From NCBI GenBank assembly GCA_000708835.1, contig DF237269.1:1-64000 (forward strand): DNA of 64,000 bases. The letters are read 5' to 3'. The notes beneath the pieces are model-generated. The model made no database searches. It was given only the letters and a program-made list of their open reading frames with translations, and was not told the origin of the DNA. Numbering within the stretch: position 1 is the first letter of the stretch; the number at the start of each line of letters is the position of its first letter. The stretch comes from Klebsormidium nitens. Lineage: Eukaryota; Plantae; Klebsormidiophyceae. The translations under genes and the position numbers were made by a program. Below are positions 49,342 through 63,181 of the stretch, piece after piece.

Positions 49342-51809
49342 ATGGCTCCCTCAGTGGGTCTCCTGGTTACCGTTCCCTACGGAGCCTTCTCCCAGGGGGG
49401 CGGCGCGGCCCTGGCTAAGACCCCCCCATCGCAGAGCAAACCGCCCTCCTTCCGCTACTCGTTCTCCGACCAATACCCTCTGCCGGTGAGCAAAGCCCGG
49501 TCACGTGCCACGTCAGTAAGCGCCTCCTTCGCTAAGGGGGGGAAGACGTCCACTCCTGCAGAGCCTGTCTGGAACCCCCCGGCAGAGTCACAGATGTGGT
49601 GGGGGGAGAACGAAGGGTTCCCACAAATGGGGGGGTCCGAGCAGGCTCAGGAGGAGCGCGTGTTGTCCCCCCAGAGGCTGCGGAGGGCGCAGTCTCTGCC
49701 AAACGAGAACCCCATTCGGCGGCTTATTAGGGAGGAGTCGCTGAGCAATAAGGACGCGTTTGTGGACCCGCTTCCGGAGGGGATGCCCGTGCTTATGAGG
49801 CATAAGGCGAGGTCGTATACGGTCGGGAGTTCCAACCGGGTGGCCTCAGAGGCGCCCATTGTGAGGGCGCAATCATTGCCGGCGCGGCTGCTGAAACCCC
49901 AGGTTAATCTCATCTCCTCCTCTTTTTGGAAGGTGACACCTGTATGACCTTTCGGTGGGGGAAGGGGCTCTTGGTTGGCTACATTTTACGGAACTGAATA
50001 GAATGCTGGGCATCTTTCCTGTTGGGATTCATGCAACAGATATTTGGCTTCATTCAGAGCAAGGTGGGTTTGGACGAAGGCAGCATGAGGCTTTTGCAGG
50101 GATACTCTACTTGCCCTGTCAGATACGATTGAGATGCTGACTTTGGAGCAGAGGATGTAATGAAGACTTTGAAGCAAGCAGGCGGGAAATTGAGCAGGAA
50201 CTTCTTTCTGGAAGCTCAAATCGTCTCACAAAGCCAGGCAAATTTATGAAAGTCCACAGTGTTGGCGTTGAATACGCTTTGCAAATGTCCTTTTCAGTAT
50301 CCATGAAAGGGAGGGGTCAATATCTATGTAATGAAGCGGTCGATTCAACCCAACGCGTCGAAAATCGATAGGGTATCGGGTTGGAATTGTTCGCCCAAAC
50401 ACGAGACCTCTTGCGCCCATTGTACGAGCTTCTAAAAGAATGCACGCTGTAAAAACAACAAGTTGTAAAAAGAGAGCATTGCAAGTTTTGCCTCTAGGTG
50501 GTTTGAAAACATTAGGTTATACGGCCGACGACAGGTGTCAACAGGATGGATTGTGAACGTGGAGAAGCGGAGCAACTAGACTAGGCTCCAGAAGGAGAGG
50601 CGTCCAAATTCAAGAGTACCCAAAATAGGAAAGCAAACCACGAGACCCGCTCGTTCTCCGTGTTCATCGACGTTACGTGATGCCCCTGCAGATGCTGACG
50701 TCACTCAAGGAGGAAGAAGCTTTCATCGAAAGGGAGACGGTGGCCGGCGAGCAATGGCCCGCAGAAGAAGGACACACACTCGCCCGGACCAAATCCTGGG
50801 TCCCCGGCGCACCCCTTCCGGGTTTTCCGGCGGCCCCTCAGCCCGGCCCGGTCGCAAACTCCTCTAGGCGGCCCAGCTACATCTTCCGGTCGGAGAACCG
50901 CCGGTCGAGCTTATCCAACGGCGCAGATCTCGCGGCTGGACAGGTGGCGGCATCCCAGCCGTCGGGCCGGATGAGTTTCACTTATGGAGAGGCCGTTCCC
51001 CGAGGCAGGAGAAGGCTGAGCGCGGCGACCTCAAAGCGGTCTTCCCTCAGCCAGAGCGTCGCCCAAAATGAGACGTTACACGGGTTAGAGAACCGGGTTA
51101 GCGACAACGGAAACGGGTTGGGCGCAACGACGATGCGCAGGGCTTCGAGCATAGGGAGACGGAGTTCGCTGTCGGTGGCAGGGCCGAGGCCGAGGGATCC
51201 CTCTGAATTACTCCAGTCCCTCTCCGAGCAGGTAAGATTTTAGGGCGGCATTCGAACAGCCAGTGATAATCAACGCTGACACATCGGAGTGAGCAATGAT
51301 CCGAATGCAATACTCATTTTGTTGGAGTCCCGACCAGTTTCCAATCTCGTTTTAAAGACAAACCTAATTGCTTCGAAAAACGAGTCGTGAGATTGTCTTG
51401 AAGCGACCGACGTGCCGAAAGACTGTGGGACGCTTGGGAGCTCCGAGATAATAAGCGCTCGTTAAAGCTTCCCCGTGACAGGGGTTGATAAGCTCATTGT
51501 GCCCATACGCTTTGCGAACCTGGGCGGCCTGTCTCTGCCAGTACATTGGTGTTCCAATCGTTCGATGCGTCCTCGTATACTCTCTTTGAATTCCGTCCTT
51601 CTCTCCATATTGATGCATGCCGTTCCCTCGTTCTTGATCCAATCATTCCGCCTTGTTGACAATTCCGTTTTTGGTCCGTTTCACAGGAGCGCCGGACGGT
51701 CGCTCTCCTGTCCGCCGCTATTGGGCTGCAGCTGACGTCAGCCATTGCGGGCGTGCTTGCGATGGCGACAGTGTCCGCGAGCGGCGCGCGCGCAGTTATG
51801 TTCGAGTAG
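49342..51809 (+). CDS. Ser/Arg-rich, probably disordered protein with a C-terminal hydrophobic segment (putative tail anchor), about 407 aa
   Basis: Exons 49342-49902, 50692-51231, 51687-51809 all join in phase 0 with GT-AG sites and end in TAG. It has two RAQSLP motifs and many RRxS motifs, and ends VALLSAAIGLQLTSAIAGVLAMATVSASGARAVMFE. No family recognised. Confidence 0.7.
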
Positions 51810-53439
51810 GAGCACTAAGCTGACGTCACAGGGCAAACGAGAAAACGACGCGTGTCGTTTTTTTTGGGACTGAATGAACGGCAGGATAGATACTAGGTGT
51901 CAAGCATCGCCAACTCTTTCCAGGCGACGAAGTTTCTGCGCTTGGGAAAAGGCTAGGACATACTACTGATATGACGGACTCGATCAACATACGAAGTTGA
52001 TCTGATCATTTCGTACTTTAATGCTCTGCATACGTAGAATATACGGCACAGGTTCTCAACGGTAGCAAGGTAACGACGGCAGGCGCCGAGAATTTGACAA
52101 AGCAATTAAGGGCCTGTTATAGGACGGCGGCATAACCATAGGAGATTAGCAGACAGCGAGATCAGACGGCAGTAATTTATAGAGATAGGCTATTGAACGC
52201 GGCAGGTGTGGACTCACAGTGCCAGCACGATTGTTCGATGAGGCCAGCCCTTGTACAGGTATAAAAGAAGCGTTTATTGTTTCCAAATGAACAGCACGTT
52301 GAGAAGGCTGAACCGAACAAAGTACGCCTCAATCCTGGTCAGGGTAGTGCGCTTGGTGGAGGACCGTGCAATAGAGCCTCACGCTAAGAGTTCCTGTTTG
52401 CACGATTGAAAGCAGATTGCCACTTTGGCAGTAGTGCACTTCGCCTAAGATTTGGTGCCGAAGTCCCAGGCATCTCATTGTCTCCATTCTGCTGGGAAAC
52501 AGTGCACGGTAAGGAGTCTACATGTGCTAAGACAAAGCGCGTTCTCTTCTAACGTGGGTCAAACGGATTCGATGATTGCAACTCGTGCAGTAGCTCGCGT
52601 CATTCGCAATGCGGCTGAAGCTCCTGCATAAAGTCTAGCTCCCTTGCAGATGACACACGACCGACTGGACAACTCCTTGCACATGTGAGCAATTGAAGTT
52701 TTACCCGATAATTGGCTCTTTTCATTGAAGCTTCGATGTAGCCTAGCCGGGCCTCCCACGTTCAACCTACAATTAACACAGGCATGCAGTCACATGCATG
52801 TGCGCATGTGATGGTATAACCTTTACTAAAAAGAGGCTCATGCTGGATACTAACATGCGCGACGGTGCGTCAGCCAGTTCAAAACGCGCGCGTTCAAAAT
52901 GAAACGTGGGCGGCCCGGCAAGAAGCAAGACCACGTGCCAGCTTTTGCACATCATTGCTGACCGGACCATCATTGCACGCACCGCGCCCCACGATGACAT
53001 GCATGGGCACTATAACGACAGATGACCCACTAGGTATTATAGAACACACAAAAATGCAAGAATAAAAATCACCTGTCGCCGTATGCGAAAATGTGCTGCA
53101 GAATTACCAAGATCAAGACAGAGACTCTGAGCAGAGCCAAGCTCTGTGGAGCTTTGAACCCATGTCGCACATACTGCCACCTTTTCAATCTGTTGATACC
53201 TTCAGGAAGGTGCGCGCCATCCATTCGCCCGTCTACATAACATCACGTGCAGAAGCGACTCAAAGGCTTCCCACTTCCGGCATACACAAGGTACAAAAAT
53301 GCTGTGTTCTTCCTTCTCAGGTTAGTCAAAGTGGAAACGAACACTTGTACTACTGACAGATTGAACCAGGACTGAGAAAGCGTCTCCCATAGCCGCCCTC
53401 GTATCCTGACCGGATTTGTCTAAAGTGTACGTCCCCTCA

Positions 53440-56400
53440 CTATTCGGCCGCATCGGGCAGCTCCTCGTCCTTGCCCCCCTCTTTGCTTTCGGCTTCCTTC
53501 GAGGATCCTTCGCCTGCCTTCTTGGCTGGGGAAACGGGGTCAAGCAGAAGGAATCAGCAATCGAACCATCTCTAGATTGGGCGAACGAAAGGAAGCACCA
53601 GCAGCGGGCTTGCGCCCAAGACGTCAGCAGATCCTCAGGACCATACTTCAGCACAAGACACGATACGGTAATCGTCGCTGAGAAACACAGGTTAACAGTA
53701 TGCAAGTCAGCACAACAAAACAAATCCGCCTACGTAACTCTTCCAATCCACCATCCAAAGACTCTAAGGACCTGAAAAACTGGCTCTTTCGTACGCTGAT
53801 ATGCCCAACTAGACCACTGGGCGACACAATACTCCAAACGCAGCGGCAGGCTTACCTTTCTTCTTTGCGCCGCCCCCCTTCTTCTTCGACTTGGTTCCGA
53901 GCGCCAGCCAGGCCTTGATCTCGGGGTCGTCCACCTCCTTGTCCGGCTTCAGCTCCTGGACTGGATGCCCCGTGATCCGGTCCGAACCGTTGGGCATCAG
54001 CAGCACCGTGAACTTGAAGTGCGCAACAATGTCGCCTGCAGCAGTTGCTCAATCAGTTTGAGTTTCTAGGGCTTTCTATTTCACGACTTTGGAGTCGAAC
54101 GAAGAGGGTGCGGAATTCGTAGGTCGACCTCGGTGAATTCTGGTTGACAAATATTGAATTCAGCAGTCGCAGATTCAGCAGACGCGTTTCTCCCTGTTCG
54201 ATTCATGTACCCTAAGAAAAGCGGGCTTAGGGCAATTTCTCAAGGCTTCTTCAGAGCTGAGGTTTCCTCAAAGGAAGTCGCCGTTCATTACGATCCGAGG
54301 TGAGTATCTTCCGTGCATACGAATAGCTGGCAGCGTCGAGATACGGACGGAGCCGGCAAACACGGGGTCAAGTAGTCGTGAACTTGAAACCCGTGTCTGT
54401 GGTTCAAAGCCAAGTGAGACTGACTCGCTGCTGAGCTGACTTCAAAAGCAGATCAGAAAGGCAGGCTACCTACTGCTCAAAGGCTTCATGTTTCCTCAAA
54501 GTCCATGCTTCTTCGACCACCTCGATCCGAACCAGATGGTTGTTGCCAAAGGCATTGGCATCTAGTAGCGAACTCATCGGAGTGATCTTGATCTGCTTGA
54601 GATGACAGTGCCAGCAGATGACGAAGGAACCAAAGGTAACACCAAGAGAAAGAGCTGACGCCAAGCTCCTTTTGAAACTCCTCTTATGCTTTTTTACCTT
54701 GCTTTTCGTGCAGAACAGGGTATGGCGTCAGCAGTTCGTGCGTGACGCAGTCCTTGACCCCTAGCTTCGCTTGCTTGTCCTTCAACTCCCTGAACGAATC
54801 ACAACAATGTCACTTTACCAGCTTTGAAAGATGGCATTCGCTTCACGGAAGCCAGGAACTTGAAAAGACAAGCAGGCATAAAGATCAGTGGGGGAAGGGA
54901 GTGAACGACAGAGCTTCCAACAATAGTCGCAGCTACCGGGTAGCAGGAAACGAGAGCTTGATCGGCGAACGACGGCCCTGACGCAATCTCTTATGGTCAG
55001 ATGCACGTTTGCGGCTTCAATTCTAAGAACGCAACAAAAACACAATCGGCTCACCGCCGAATCGAATCACTAAACGCTAGATACAACTCAATGGCTAGCT
55101 GGGGTGGCTACCCATAAGAAGGTAATCGGGGCGCACGATTTTCAGAGGGTTGGGCGAAGGCGAGAGGCATCACAAATCAAGAGACAAATTGTGGGAACAT
55201 ACAAAAATGTCATCCTGCGCTTGATGGGGGCAAACACCATTAGACTGGAAATCATTCAGACCAACTCCGTGCAAACGAAGCCACAGTCCAGCATATCATG
55301 CCACTGATAGAACAATCATAAAATTGATGCTATCTCTGTTTAGACATCACCGCGGCTCACCTTATTGTGAAGGGCATAACAGGGAACCGTTGGTTGATTT
55401 CGCTAAGGGTAGCCCGAGATGCCTTCAGCTTCAGCTTGTACTCCTTGTCGAGCGCCCTTTTGTAGACAGACGTCTGCTTCTCGTCCAGGATCCGGGGCTG
55501 CACAAAACAGCGGACCGCTCTTAGGCTTCACACAAAGTTCAACCAGTTCACGATCTCGTGCAACAACTGGAGGACCATACTCTCCCATTCTTGGCTGTCG
55601 ACAAGGTAACAGCCGCTGTGTCGTGTGTCCTCGCAAAGATGAGCTGAGAGCTCTCTGGCTGTCAACGCAAGTGTCTGATGAGCTCCGAGCTCCAATCGAA
55701 CCTCGCCATTCTCTGCACTGCATCAATGCTGTTACACAGAGGATGCCAGTATTCGACTTCTCTGTCTGAGTTGACACTTCGGTAAATTACTGGAATCACC
55801 AGGTAATGCTCGGTGCTGTGCTGGATGAGAAGGAAGCAGGCTCACCACTCATGTGGAAACAAGCTCTACTAAACAACCTTAGGCAACAGCCGGCAAACCC
55901 AGAACGGACTGCATTTACAAGGACTGCTGAGCCGATAGGATACGTCGGTCTTAACCACCACTACTCCCGGTTTGAGATGGGAGCCACACTACTGTCGCTA
56001 CAATAGAATTGCTTAGTAAAAGCCTCCGTGATTACTGACCGAGTGTCAATAACACTGGCAAGGCAATGTACTCGAAAACGAGCCTCACCTTCCCCTCTCC
56101 GCTGCTGACCACTACGTCGACTGCATACACCTCATTCTCCTCAAACTCCGCCTCATCCACTTTCGCCTCCGGGCCCGCTACTGTGATGACCACCTTGTTC
56201 CCGTCAATCACAAACTGCTTCATCTGGTGACTGAGCACTCCCTCCACCATCTTGACATCGTACGCCTCCGCAACCTTCTTGAAAGCCTCGGTCACGCTCA
56301 TGTTCTGCACACCGATAAGACGGGTGCCTGGATTCTAGAACTAGTCGTAACTATCACTTGAAGTGCAGGCGGTTTCCCCATCGTGCAAAGGAACAACCAG

Positions 56401-58039
56401 CAGTAGGAATGCATCTTGTTTGGACTCAACACACTCTTAAAGGGCCCTGAAGTATAGAACGCAAACTGAGGCTGCTCAGGGAGTCCCCAAAATGTACGGG
56501 GGCCGGTGCGACCCCCTGTAACCTTTCAATGCACGTAAGAAATCGCTCTTGAGTACATAATCGCATACCCAGCTTCTAGGGTTCGCTTGCTCTGCCTGCT
56601 TGGAACATGCTCAACTGATCACCAGCCGGTGTCAACGTTTGTCAGAAAACCAAACCCACCTTCTTCCCTGGCCTCACCAACCGCAGCGCCACCTCTGCGG
56701 CAGTGTTTGCTGCGGCTATGACATCAGCGGTCTTTCCAGTCACAGGGCCCTCTTGCAGGACAAGTGTGTGCGCCACCACAGCGGCAAAGCCGTCAATGTG
56801 AGCCCCCAAGTCACTGCAGCAAAAGATAACAACACACTCGCGCAATGACATTTGGAGGGGCCCCTGTGAGTGCGAAAGCTTCCGCAGGATGTTAGGATCC
56901 AGACTTCACTCTCTCTCTTTCTTCTCACACTCCTTGTCTCGACCAGCAAGCCGTTTTAGAAAAAACAACTTAGGGACTTCTACATTGACGTGATATGACC
57001 CGTCTCAGACGCACTTTTTGGGGCACAATCCAATACTCTCCGAGGTGCAACAGAATCCATCAAGGGCGCTCTGACAGTACGCACATTTTGACAACGTCCC
57101 CCTCCTTCAGCTCCAGAGTGTCTCCTTCCAGGGCGGAGTAGTGTCCAACAACATTGTTGAGAGACACCGAGGTGGGAAACGCAACGCCCTTGTCAATCTT
57201 GACTTTTGCCTTGGTGTACAGAGTCGACACCTGCCTGGATGAAAGGAAACAGAGAAATAAGTGAGTCAACATTTCAATGCCTACTTCAGCTTCACCACCT
57301 TCAAACAACCGTCATGCGTTACGCAGATCGGACCAGGTGAGACAACTGGCAAGCAGCAAACAGCAATATCTTGAAGCGCTCTTGTGCTTCCATTCGCATG
57401 CTACATGTATATGCACATTGTACATCCCTCAGCTTTGCATATTGTATGTCCCTTAGCTTTGCATGTCAAATGACCGGAGCAGATAGATGCATATTTACGA
57501 TTGGAAAGAATTGATGGAGTAGTGGTGGCACATCTAAACTTCAAGCTTACAAGCTCACTTACTTTGTGATGAATTCGTCCCCTTTCTGACACAGGTCAAA
57601 GACCTTCACGCCTGGCTTAGCCTCTGAAATTACCAAGGCAAGAGCCTCTGCAAAGAGGTGGGATGAAGTAATTGAGAGAGATGAAAGATCACAGATAGCC
57701 AAACCATTGCCACAAGCAAAAAACTGCCAGTACACCGCGCGATGAACACCACTGGCACTTTCCAACCATTGTCAATTTGCAAGCGAGGCTGCCAACACCC
57801 ATGAGGCCCATGCAAGCTGAAGTATCAAGCTGCCACTCCAGGGTGTCAGAAATTCTCAGCAAAGATGAATGCAGGATAGGTTGCAAGATGATGCATTCCA
57901 GGATTCCAACCAGAACTCTCATCAGAAGTCTCCTGCGCTCACTGTTTGCAATCTCGGCGGCCAGCTTGTACTTCGTAACCACGTCATTGGAGCTCAAGTC
58001 CAACTCCTTCTTCTCCTCCTCATTCTCAGAGTCCGACAT
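53440..58039 (-). CDS. EBP1: ErbB3-binding protein 1 / proliferation-associated 2G4 (M24 peptidase fold, non-catalytic), about 398 aa, 9 exons
   Basis: Exons 58039-57943, 57647-57563, 57234-57085, 56813-56660, 56304-56089, 55497-55361, 54789-54698, 54035-53856, 53525-53440 (1197 nt, in frame). Motifs: [77 protein letters not shown]. Confidence 0.96.
57417..57464 (+). repeat. 24-bp tandem duplication in EBP1 intron 2
   Basis: ATTGTACATCCCTCAGCTTTGCAT followed by ATTGTATGTCCCTTAGCTTTGCAT (3 mismatches). Confidence 0.8.
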
Positions 58040-58619
58040 TTTGCCTTCTTCCCTTGACCCTTTAGCAAGAGACGTTCACAAGCAACAAGTGGCGTCTGAG
58101 TGCCACCTCGTTTCCTGATTGCTGCTGTGCAGTGCGAGCTCCCTTTGCTCAATATTAGAAATTGCACCCTGCTTGAACACGAGAGAACTCCTCCAACTTC
58201 GAACTTCAACTTCAAGTGCAGATTGGGGACAAAATCCTTGGCGCAAATCAATAATTTGGTCTTAACTTAAACCCAGATGCTGTTTCGCGGTTCCGGAAAT
58301 TCAGGAAGAAAGCTTTTTGAGGCGGTAGACACTTTCCGGTGTATTTTTTGCAAGACGTTAACTCACGAACTGACTACATCGCAACCGTTAAACAAAGCAA
58401 TTTCTGCCCGGGCCCCGGGGTCGTGTACTTTATAAACAGCCGGTCAGGTCCGTTACGGTTACCCCGGGGTTTAGGCGCGTAGAATCTCAGGGTTCGAAAG
58501 CAACCAGAAATTATTTTCTGCGCGCCAGCCCTCAAGCTAGTGGCCTGTGCTGAGGTGTCCTTTCCGCCCTCCCAGAAGCAGCGCCCTGCATTTTGCGCCA
58601 CCCTTCTTGGGTGCCTGCA

Positions 58620-61600
58620 ATGGAAGTGGTTGGCACGGAGCGTGTCTTCCCTCACCTTGACTTGCGCGCCTTCACCCATGATGAGCTCCTCCTTGCTGCT
58701 CAATTGACTGCCCCCGGCAACACGGCTTCCTGGACTTGGCCCCCCCCTCCGCCTCCTGCGGCAGGGTTCGTGCTTTCCGCTTCCAGCTTAAAGCAAACGT
58801 GCACTCAGGCGGCTGATGTAGCGAGTGACGGAGACGCTAACCTTGTCTTCGACAACGACGTCCCTTTGCCTGGCGCAAAAAGGGGGAGGATGTCTGGGGG
58901 TATGGCGGACCCCCTGGCGATGTTAGCGGATGCGAGTCTTCACGTGACCACGGACGAGGGGGGGGGTCTGCGAAGGAACATGGGGAGCGCTGCTGACCTC
59001 CTGGGAGAGAGCCTGCTTATGCTGAGTCAGCGTGTGGAGCTCGCCCCCCCGGTTAAGAAGACAAAAACTGCGCCGAATACCCCTGCGCTGTCCCAGGAGG
59101 AGCGTCTCATCGCATCTCTGCATAACACATTGGCGAAGGACCGACACCACGGGGGGGAAGCGTCTGAGAGCTTGTCGGACGGGTGGAAACCGGACGCTGA
59201 GGTCGACTTCCGGAAACCAAAGGGGGGGAAGCCAAAGGCGCCCCCTCCCGTGCGAGGGGCCCCCGCGCCAGACATGCCCAAGGGCTGGCTGATGGACATT
59301 CGCTATCGAGGGAGCGGCAATCGCGTCGACAAGCTGTGGACGTCGCCGGAGGGGGTGCAGCTGCGCTCAATCAAGGAGTGCGAGAGCTTCCTGCTGGGAA
59401 AGGCGCGCCGGCAGCCGGTGACCCCCGTATTGAAGGGCAAGTTTGGGTGCCCCACGTGCGGACTCCGCTTTGCCGCCGCGCTCGACTTGGGCAACCACAT
59501 GGCGGCACATTTGGAGCCAGCGCACAAGAGCGCCTCTCCAAAAATGAAGAGCGAGGACGTTCCAGGTGTGGCGCTAGGGGTCAAGGAGCGGATTGAGGAA
59601 GGGAGCGTGCTGCGGGGCGCAAAGAGCGAGGATGACGAAGGAGGGGAGGGGCACGTGAGCGGGCGGACGGCGCGGTGGCTGCAGCGCGTGGGGCTGTGGA
59701 AGGGGCCCGGTGAGGGACTGCTCTTGAACGCTCCCAGTCTAGTTCACGAAGTCAGACACAGCGAGAATGCACCCCTCTGAGCAACCCTAACAGCAAGGTC
59801 TGCTGGCCGTTTGTGTTAGGGCATGCATGTGGCGCAGAGCTGATGCAATTTGGCAGCAATAGACTGTGAAACCTCTCGGGAGGCCCATACCCTTTGCCGT
59901 TGCTGCCTGGTTCTGGTTGCAACTCTTGCAAAGTGTGAAACACTGGTTTGCTGGTGCCGCTCTCGATGTTCCTCTCGTAAGAGCTCCCCTCAAGCCATAC
60001 TGATGACCATGTAGGGGGAAATCGTCTGATTGAGCAAGTCGTTGCTGTGCGGTTCTTATGAAGATGTCTCTCCCGTGCAGAGACCGGCGATACCCCGCGA
60101 GATGTGGAGGAATGTGCAGAGTCCGATGAGAAGGTGTGTCTCTGTGCGTTCCTCTCAAGTTCAATATGTTCCAGGGTTTGGTTCATGCATTATACTCTGC
60201 GTCTCATCTTTATCTTTCGATGACGACAAGACACACTAGCGTCCTCCGTGTGTGGAGGATTAACAGGGTACTCGAAGTTGAGAGCAAAGGACACGAGGCC
60301 TGAAGGGGCTGATCCCTCTGGCCGGGTGGTGCCTTTAACCTCGTTTGGGGAACAGTTTCTTGTGGGGCTCAGGGTTGTGAGAACGCTGCACACTGTGCGG
60401 AGGGCTTCGTTCTCATACCCCTGTCACTGAGCTAATGTAGCTACAGCAAGGATTATTGACAGTCTATCCGCCAGCCTCACAGACGGAGCAGAAGCGGAAG
60501 CTCCATGGGGATGCTGCCGCATCCAAGGTTGCGTGTCACCCTTCACTTCAGTGCCTCTGACCGCTCCAAGAAAAGCAAACCCTAGTGGCAAGACGCGCGG
60601 GGGTGCCTATCATTGTAGGGACCGGAGGTGCATACCCTATGGGGCCCTCTCTAGTCGCTGTCCGGTCGAGGCCAGCTCCTCCTTCCTCAGTGCCAGAGTT
60701 CGTGGGGACTGGGCGATTGCGATATCCTTTCTGCTTTGGAGAAATTTGGCATTTGTCGCTTTATCTGGTTGCTTCTTTTCTCAACATCATCTAGGATTGT
60801 CCCGCTACTCCAAAGCCGCTTTGAGAAGGGTTGCAGAAAGGGTTGTGGATGGGAGGCAGTGCACATTTGTTGCCTGCAACCAAGCTCTACGGTGCTTGCA
60901 TAAAGTAGAGCGTTCCTGAGCATGCTTTTTGGGCAGATCAATCTTTTGTTATCCGAGCAGAGTGTCTGAATTGCTTGTATGACATAACTCTTACCTATTC
61001 ACCAACTCCTGGCACTTCTGAATAGCCTCTCATGATCTCCTGCAGGGACCAGCCGGAACTGGTGCTGAGCTCTCCTTGATCTTACTCCTTATCCTTTTCA
61101 AATCTTCCTTCTGTGAGGTCGATCCTCTCTGCATTCTAACCTGGGGCAGAACAGGAAAGTCAGCGGACCTGATCTTAGAGTCATGCACAAATTTCCCCTC
61201 CAGATTGACAGGAACATCCTGCCATTCATAAAAACCTAACGTTTGCATCCCCCCGCAGGCATCCCACCTCGCCTGGCGCAACTTTGAGGCTCTGCTGCAC
61301 GACCCCGCCAGCTGGTACGGTCTCGACCTGCTCTCCACCCCCCAGGCTTGTGCCGTCCAGCGGCTCATCTGCGCACACGGCCGCGAGCGTGCGTGTGCCA
61401 CGCTCCTCCAGCAGCGCCACCGCATCACCGCTGACCTCATCAACGCCCTCTACCGGCCCATCTTGTCCGTGCTGCTATTCATCCTGGACGGGACGAATGA
61501 CATCAGCGAGGGGAAGCTGGGGACTCTGGCCCTCAAGCGGCGGGTGTGCCGCGCTCTGGGGCTGAACCGCAAGGGGGGGGACAATTTCCTCTCTCCGGAG

Positions 61601-63181
61601 ACCCCCTCCCCGCCGGAGTCGCCCCCTCTGAACGCGCTGTCTGAGGATGACGTCAGCAGGCCCCTGAAAGCTGACGTCAGCAAGCTCCCGGCGCTGATGG
61701 AAGCAGAGCGGCCGAGGCGGTTGCACAGAGAAGCAGCACTGGCGCTTCCAGCGCCGGAGTGGGGGGGTGCACATGAGGAGGGGTCGCCTCCCCCGAAGGA
61801 GGAGTGGGGGTTTTGTTCCAGGAAGGAGGAGCCTGTTCACATTGACGCTGAGAGGGCACACCACAGGGATGTGAATGGGGCACAGCCAGGCGACGAGTCA
61901 GCGGTGGACGAAAAGCTGTCAACATGGGAGTCAGATGCGCTGGGGGTGCCCAAGTGTGAACTGGACGTGGTCGAGAGCCCACCTCCCCGGGTGACAAGGA
62001 AACGCACGCGCGTCGACACAATCTGGCCCGAGGCGCTGACAGCACAGCTGATGTCAGCGCACACGCAGGTTCCGGCGACGATCGAGGCCCAAGTTGCGGC
62101 ACTGAGCCCGAGGCAGGACCAGAGGGGTGCCGCTGCTGACTGGCACTCAGTGCGAGCGCAGCCCCCCGGAAAGTTGCGGTGGCTAGGGCCGAGGGCGCAT
62201 GCGGTTTGGGGGGGGCTGCCACACTCAGCTGAGCGTCCGATCGCAGAGCGTCTGGCGAGCGGTTCTGTTTTGGGAGCTGCGGACCAGCCCTTGATAGATG
62301 GGGATGTAAGGGACTTCCCGTCCAACTCTGGTGGGGGTGAGAAACCCTGCGGCGAGCACCCCTCCAGGAGAGAAGATGAGCGGGGCGGCGAGGCGGCAGC
62401 GGCAGAGCTGCGGGCGCGGGCGGCAGCGCAGCGGAATGAAGCGGAGGAGCTGCGGGAGATGATGGAACGGAAGCTGCGGCTGGCGGATAGTTTGGAGGCG
62501 CAGGCGGCGGCGCTAGAGACCAAGTGCCACGTGGATGGCGAGGGGAAAGAGCGTCCAGATCTGCGGCGGGCTAAATCCGCCGGTATGTGTGCGGCAGAGG
62601 AGGGAAAGGGACGTTTGGACGTTGGGAAAGGGGAGCCGGACGTTTCAGGCTCCGGGATGGCTGGCCTGGATGACCAAATGGCGGGTTCGGACGTATGGAA
62701 GGTACGTGCGGACACGGGGAAAGCTGGTGCGGACGCCGAAATGGCTGAGCTGGCGGGTCTGGATGCTGAATTGGCGAGCGCCAAAGCTGTTCGGACGTGT
62801 CCGGACGGTTTGGGGACACAACTGGAGGACGGGAGCCGGGGCAAGATGGACGCTTTCTGCTTGGATTCGGACACATTGTGGAGGGATGCGGACGCAACTG
62901 CCGGGGTTTCGGACGCGAAGGCAGCTCCTGAAGGGGGCTCGTGGGTGAATGGCAGTGTCAGGAAAGTGATGATGGCTCATGTGTGGAGTGGTTGGGGTTC
63001 GGAGGGTTTTAGCAAGAAGGGCTCTGCGGGGGACTTTGCTGGGGAGAGTGCGAATGATGAGGGAATGGAGACGGAGCCCTGCTTTGAAGGGGCCCAAGAG
63101 AAGCGGTTGAGAGGCTTTCCTTCCTTGGGTGGGGTATCGGACGAGAAGAGAGACGTTAGGGGCTTGGGAGCGAACTGTTGA
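58620..63181 (+). CDS. Methyl-CpG-binding domain (MBD) + C2H2 zinc-finger protein with an unknown C-terminal region; middle exons uncertain
   Basis: Exon 58620-59709 has an MBD-like segment (MPKGWLMDIRYRGSGNRVDKLWTSPEGVQLRSIKECESFL) and a C2H2 finger (CPTCGLRFAAALDLGNHMAAH). A phase-consistent model adds 60081-60133, 60483-60527 and 61259-63181. Other splice paths through 60500-61080 are possible, so the last exon could belong to a separate gene. Confidence 0.7.

Noticed and set aside
61837-62874. 345-aa minus-strand ORF
   Set aside because: It is the antisense shadow of the GC-rich terminal exon at 61259-63181.
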